From contig CP009479.1 of NCBI GenBank assembly GCA_000965745.1, positions 1,376,001-1,440,000 of the forward strand: 64,000 bases of DNA. The letters are read 5' to 3'. Origin of the DNA: an uncultured archaeon. GTDB taxonomy: Archaea; Thermoplasmatota; Thermoplasmata; Thermoplasmatales; Thermoplasmataceae. Positions 60,459-64,000 of the stretch are shown piece by piece. The stretch's first letter is position 1; each line of letters starts with the position of its first letter. The notes below the pieces were generated by a model, which did not search any database, had not been told where the DNA came from, and saw nothing but the letters and a program-made list of their open reading frames with translations. Position numbers and translations under genes: made by a program.

Positions 60459-61358
60459 ATGAAGTGCACCGTCTGTAATTACAACTCCAGCAGCATGGAT
60501 TATGCGGACCTCGGTGGCCATTTCATTGACATGGCATCAGAAAGTGATGCCGATCACATAATGTGGCTGAACCGTTTTATAACTAAATCAAAAACAGGGA
60601 GGCAGGACCTTGCCAATATGCTCAGGGAGTTCTTTGAGCTTAATGAATCTGGCCTCAAGAGGTGGATCATAAACAGATTTGTGTCAAACTTCTTCTCTGA
60701 ACCACCGCACCTGTTCATAGGGGCCATGCAATCACCTGAAAGAAAGGTGCTCCTGGGGTATGTGGTGGAGCATCACCACTTTCTGAAGCAATGGATCAAA
60801 TCATGCGCTTACGTCATAGCAAAGACGGATAATGAGGATGTGCAGATGTACGAAATGGAAAACATAATGGCTGAAATGCACGGTTTCGGATCAAAAACAC
60901 CATCACATCATGAACTTCTACTCAGAATGGGGGAATCACTCGGACTGCCGCGAGAAACGGTTCTAATGTCCGAACCCCTGCCCGCAACAAGAAAGGCTAT
61001 TGAACTCTGGGGAAATTTATCCAGAAACTCTCACTGGATAGAAATAATGGCAGCAATGCACTCTCTGGAACTCATAGCAACAAGGGGGCTTGAAAAATAT
61101 GGTGCGAAATACTCTTACTTCGACCCAGCCATCTTCCAGAGGTCCGATATTCCAAATGAAGTTAAAGATTTCTTGAGAGAGGGCTACGACGCCGACGCTT
61201 CCCATTCGGATGAGGCTTTGAACCTTATTGAAAAATATTCAGATGAGTATGGGGACATCCAGGCCATACAGGCAACATTCATCAGGTCGATGGTGGCTTT
61301 TGACAGCTACCTTAACGCAAGGCTGGAAAGGGGCGAGCAATATGAAAACGAATTATGA
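60459..61358 (+). CDS. C2H2-type zinc finger fused to a heme-oxygenase-like (TenA/PqqC/CADD) domain
   Basis: CxxC..H..H at the N-terminus; ENIMAE..SHHELL, HSLE and DASH helical-bundle motifs. Confidence 0.75.
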   Translation: MKCTVCNYNSSSMDYADLGGHFIDMASESDADHIMWLNRFITKSKTGRQDLANMLREFFELNESGLKRWIINRFVSNFFSEPPHLFIGAMQSPERKVLLGYVVEHHHFLKQWIKSCAYVIAKTDNEDVQMYEMENIMAEMHGFGSKTPSHHELLLRMGESLGLPRETVLMSEPLPATRKAIELWGNLSRNSHWIEIMAAMHSLELIATRGLEKYGAKYSYFDPAIFQRSDIPNEVKDFLREGYDADASHSDEALNLIEKYSDEYGDIQAIQATFIRSMVAFDSYLNARLERGEQYENEL

Positions 61359-61629
61359 AGGGTGTGCCCTGTGTGATGCAACATGGGGAGAATACTGGAG
61401 AGAGATTGAAGGGCAGAACATGTTTTTCTGCTGCAATATCTGCGCTGATGCGTACGAGAACATGATAGGGGAGGTCAAAAAAAAAACAGGCTGGGAAGAA
61501 CTGGACTATGTCGAAATAACCGGCAACTACCGGCTTGGCAGAACCTGCAGAGCCACCAAAGGAGACAGTGAATACAAGTACTTCTTCAGGCACGAGAACG
61601 GGAATATTACCCAGTTTGAGGAAAGATAG
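61342..61629 (+). CDS. TA0938-like Cys-rich small protein
   Basis: GCALCDATWGEYW..FFCCNICA; overlaps the upstream gene by 17 nt. Confidence 0.75.
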   Translation: MKTNYEGCALCDATWGEYWREIEGQNMFFCCNICADAYENMIGEVKKKTGWEELDYVEITGNYRLGRTCRATKGDSEYKYFFRHENGNITQFEER

Positions 61630-61630
61630 C

Positions 61631-62680
61631 CTAAAAGATTATTCCCTTGGACGCAAGCTTCTTCCTGATGAAATCGAACGCTTCCTCATTGTATCCTATA
61701 TTTTCAGGTGGCAGGACACCTTTACCATCCACTTTCCCTTCAATGACCGCTTCGGCGATCACTGAAGCTGTGTATCCTGTCATGCGGCTCATGGAGCTAA
61801 CCCCATTCTTATCGTCGTAACGGTCAATACAGAAGAATTCCCTGTTTTCCTTTCCTATTCCTCTAACTATGAGGATGCAAACATCCTTTTCTCCCGTTCT
61901 CAGTTTTTCGAAAACCTGCTCAGAAACCTTTCTGACAGTGGTACCGGATACCTTCTTGTCAGAAAAGAAACCCATCTCCCTCAGAAATCTTATTTTTGCG
62001 AGGTGTCCCGGGTATCTGAGAGTCTTTTCGAACATGTTTACAACCCTGTCAGAATCCAGAAGTGTTCTCAGGCCGTCAGAGTAGAAAGCCTCGAAGTCAC
62101 CCAGCCCCTCGACGTGAAAGCAGGATATGTCATCAAGGGGATCGACTTCCCTCAATTTCCTCTCTGCTATTATTCTGGCAGGTCGGGTATACTCGTCTAT
62201 CAACCCCTCAACAGACCAGGTTACAGCGTAGTCAAGAGGTGGTTTCTTTTCCTGAGGCAGCCCTGCTACGTACATCTCAACAGAATGGTATCTGCCCTCT
62301 TTCAACAGGTTCCCGGCCAGGATGTTGGAAAGGCCAGGTGCAAATCCTGCGTCAGGTATGAGGAGGGCATTGTTATCCTCGGCAAGGTCTTGAAGCTCCA
62401 TTGGATCATTCTCCGAAAAAGATATGTCTACAACTTTTAACCCGTGCGATACAAGTTTCTTTACAACCCCGAAAGCAACACTCCCGGGAAGGGCTACAAG
62501 AACAACGTCGGACCTCTCAAGCACTTCCCAATGGTCATCTACGGTTCCTGCAAGCCACCTTATGCCCTTGATCTTCTTCAGCCTCTCGGCGTCTAAATCA
62601 ACAACTGCCACTTCATGGTTCCCTGAAAGATAATCTGAAATCGTTTTACCGATGGCCCCTGCTCCGACAACTGATATCAT
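61631..62680 (-). CDS. Saccharopine/lysine dehydrogenase family oxidoreductase
   Basis: GAGAIG, GFAPGLSN, WSVEGLIDEY, TLRYPGH. Confidence 0.9.
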   Translation of the reverse strand: MISVVGAGAIGKTISDYLSGNHEVAVVDLDAERLKKIKGIRWLAGTVDDHWEVLERSDVVLVALPGSVAFGVVKKLVSHGLKVVDISFSENDPMELQDLAEDNNALLIPDAGFAPGLSNILAGNLLKEGRYHSVEMYVAGLPQEKKPPLDYAVTWSVEGLIDEYTRPARIIAERKLREVDPLDDISCFHVEGLGDFEAFYSDGLRTLLDSDRVVNMFEKTLRYPGHLAKIRFLREMGFFSDKKVSGTTVRKVSEQVFEKLRTGEKDVCILIVRGIGKENREFFCIDRYDDKNGVSSMSRMTGYTASVIAEAVIEGKVDGKGVLPPENIGYNEEAFDFIRKKLASKGIIF

Positions 62681-62746
62681 GATTTCATTAAGTGTTGGTT
62701 ATATAAAATTACCATCCCTTAGCAAAGATTATGCCGCTGTTAGCCC

Positions 62747-63583
62747 ATGGTTAATGCGTTAATGGCAGGCAATAACTCTGAAAACTCCCTGAATGAGATC
62801 GTCAGGGACAACAGGTCCGGTTCAACAGAGCTTTCATTGAAGGTGGCAGATTTCTATTCCAGATGCTCCAGCTGCAATGGGGACTTCATGAAAGACGCGA
62901 TGGGAAGGATAGGCTCCGCCCACATTGGGATGGGGCTAGTGAGAAATACAAACAGAATCATGTTTTCAGCATGGGAAAACGATCCTCACTCCCTGGTTGA
63001 GGAATCTGAAAAACTGAAACTGCAAATAAAAACCCTGTCCGAAAAGGCTGTGAAAAATTCTCCGGATATCCTGCCCGACGGGGTATCGGTGGCTACTATA
63101 AGCAATAGTTCAGCAGTCAGAAACGCTCTTGTTTTAAACAGGAAGAAAATTGCGCGGGTATATGTACTGGAAAGTAGGCCGGGGCTGGAGGGGCAGTCAA
63201 TGGCGGAGGAACTCGACAGAAACGGGATCGACACTGTGCTAATGGTTGATGCGGCTGTCCAGAAGGCATCCCAACTCGCAGGCATCGCCATATGCGGCTC
63301 CGATTCTGTGTTGTCAGACTACTCCCTGGTGCACAAAGTCGGAACGTACCCCCTGTTCATGTCGATGAGAAAAGAAAACAGGAAAACCTACTCTCTTTCG
63401 ATAAGCCTGAAGTTTGAAGCCGAATTCGACGGTGGGTCTTACCCTTCATTTGCCGTTCACGACCCACGGGAGATCGTGCAAGGAAACCTCGAAGCACTGA
63501 ACTTATATTTTGACATAACCCCTCCAACGCTAATTACAGCGTATGTGACGGACAGGGGGATCCACTTACCACGGAGCGATTAG
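62747..63583 (+). CDS. eIF-2B / ribose-bisphosphate isomerase family protein
   Basis: DNRSGS, ESRPGLEG, GSD.V, HKVGT, FDITP. Confidence 0.85.
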   Translation: MVNALMAGNNSENSLNEIVRDNRSGSTELSLKVADFYSRCSSCNGDFMKDAMGRIGSAHIGMGLVRNTNRIMFSAWENDPHSLVEESEKLKLQIKTLSEKAVKNSPDILPDGVSVATISNSSAVRNALVLNRKKIARVYVLESRPGLEGQSMAEELDRNGIDTVLMVDAAVQKASQLAGIAICGSDSVLSDYSLVHKVGTYPLFMSMRKENRKTYSLSISLKFEAEFDGGSYPSFAVHDPREIVQGNLEALNLYFDITPPTLITAYVTDRGIHLPRSD

Positions 63584-63629
63584 CAAATCTTTATAACTCC
63601 CGACTTTTATGGCGCCTTGATACTGATAT

Positions 63630-64000
63630 ATGAGCTCCTTTGTAAACTTCCTTTCCAAGTTGCTTGCCAATCCACTCAGCTACTTCAATCTGCCAAATTT
63701 CCAGATCTACCAGCTCTCATTCTTCGCGATTCTCATTTTCGTCCTGATTGCATTGAGGGTGGGACTTTCAGTGGCTGGCAGGAAGTATTCTACTCTTAAG
63801 CTTTTTACTGGTCCTGTTTTCCTGGTGCTCCTGGTTACTTACAACTATTACAATTCCTATCTTGTCTCGCTGACTCTTAACCTCTCAAGCCTGACGAAGG
63901 TCGAAGTACTTCTAGTCCCGTTCCTTGTGGCGCTTGGAATTGCCGCAGGCCACAGGCTTGCCAGGAACGACAGAGTTTATATTAAGAAAGGTGCGCCGCA
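63630..64000 (+). CDS. Membrane protein, partial (runs off the window)
   Basis: Open frame MSSFVNFLSKLL..FFAILIFVLIALRVG.. with at least 3 TM segments. Confidence 0.65.
   Translation, partial: MSSFVNFLSKLLANPLSYFNLPNFQIYQLSFFAILIFVLIALRVGLSVAGRKYSTLKLFTGPVFLVLLVTYNYYNSYLVSLTLNLSSLTKVEVLLVPFLVALGIAAGHRLARNDRVYIKKGAP

Overview
Chromosomal window from an archaeon, most likely Thermoplasmatales. This is inferred from archaeal EF-1A/EF-2, RpoL, FEN-1 and RadB occurring with a grpE-dnaK-dnaJ operon, smc-scpA and a TA0938-like gene. Most of it is housekeeping: translation factors, three aminoacyl-tRNA synthetases, chaperones, a thiolase/beta-oxidation operon, transporters and tRNA-Asp(GTC). It carries one intact IS200/IS605 element (tnpA+tnpB) and a degenerate orphan copy of that element's right end. 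No CRISPR array or cas operon was seen. Best candidates for new biology: (1) a membrane-anchored solo Cas4-like nuclease split into two genes at a transmembrane hairpin, joined in frame at TGA|GTG, inside a smc-scpA-[cas4N-cas4C]-tyrS run with no scpB; (2) a cysteine-free SQR-like flavoprotein clustered with TusA, DUF1641-like and OsmC genes; (3) a zinc-finger/heme-oxygenase-like (PqqC/CADD-type) protein coupled to a TA0938-like Cys-rich protein; (4) tRNA-Asp with C at the nearly invariant U55. All family calls come from motif recognition by eye, not database searches.
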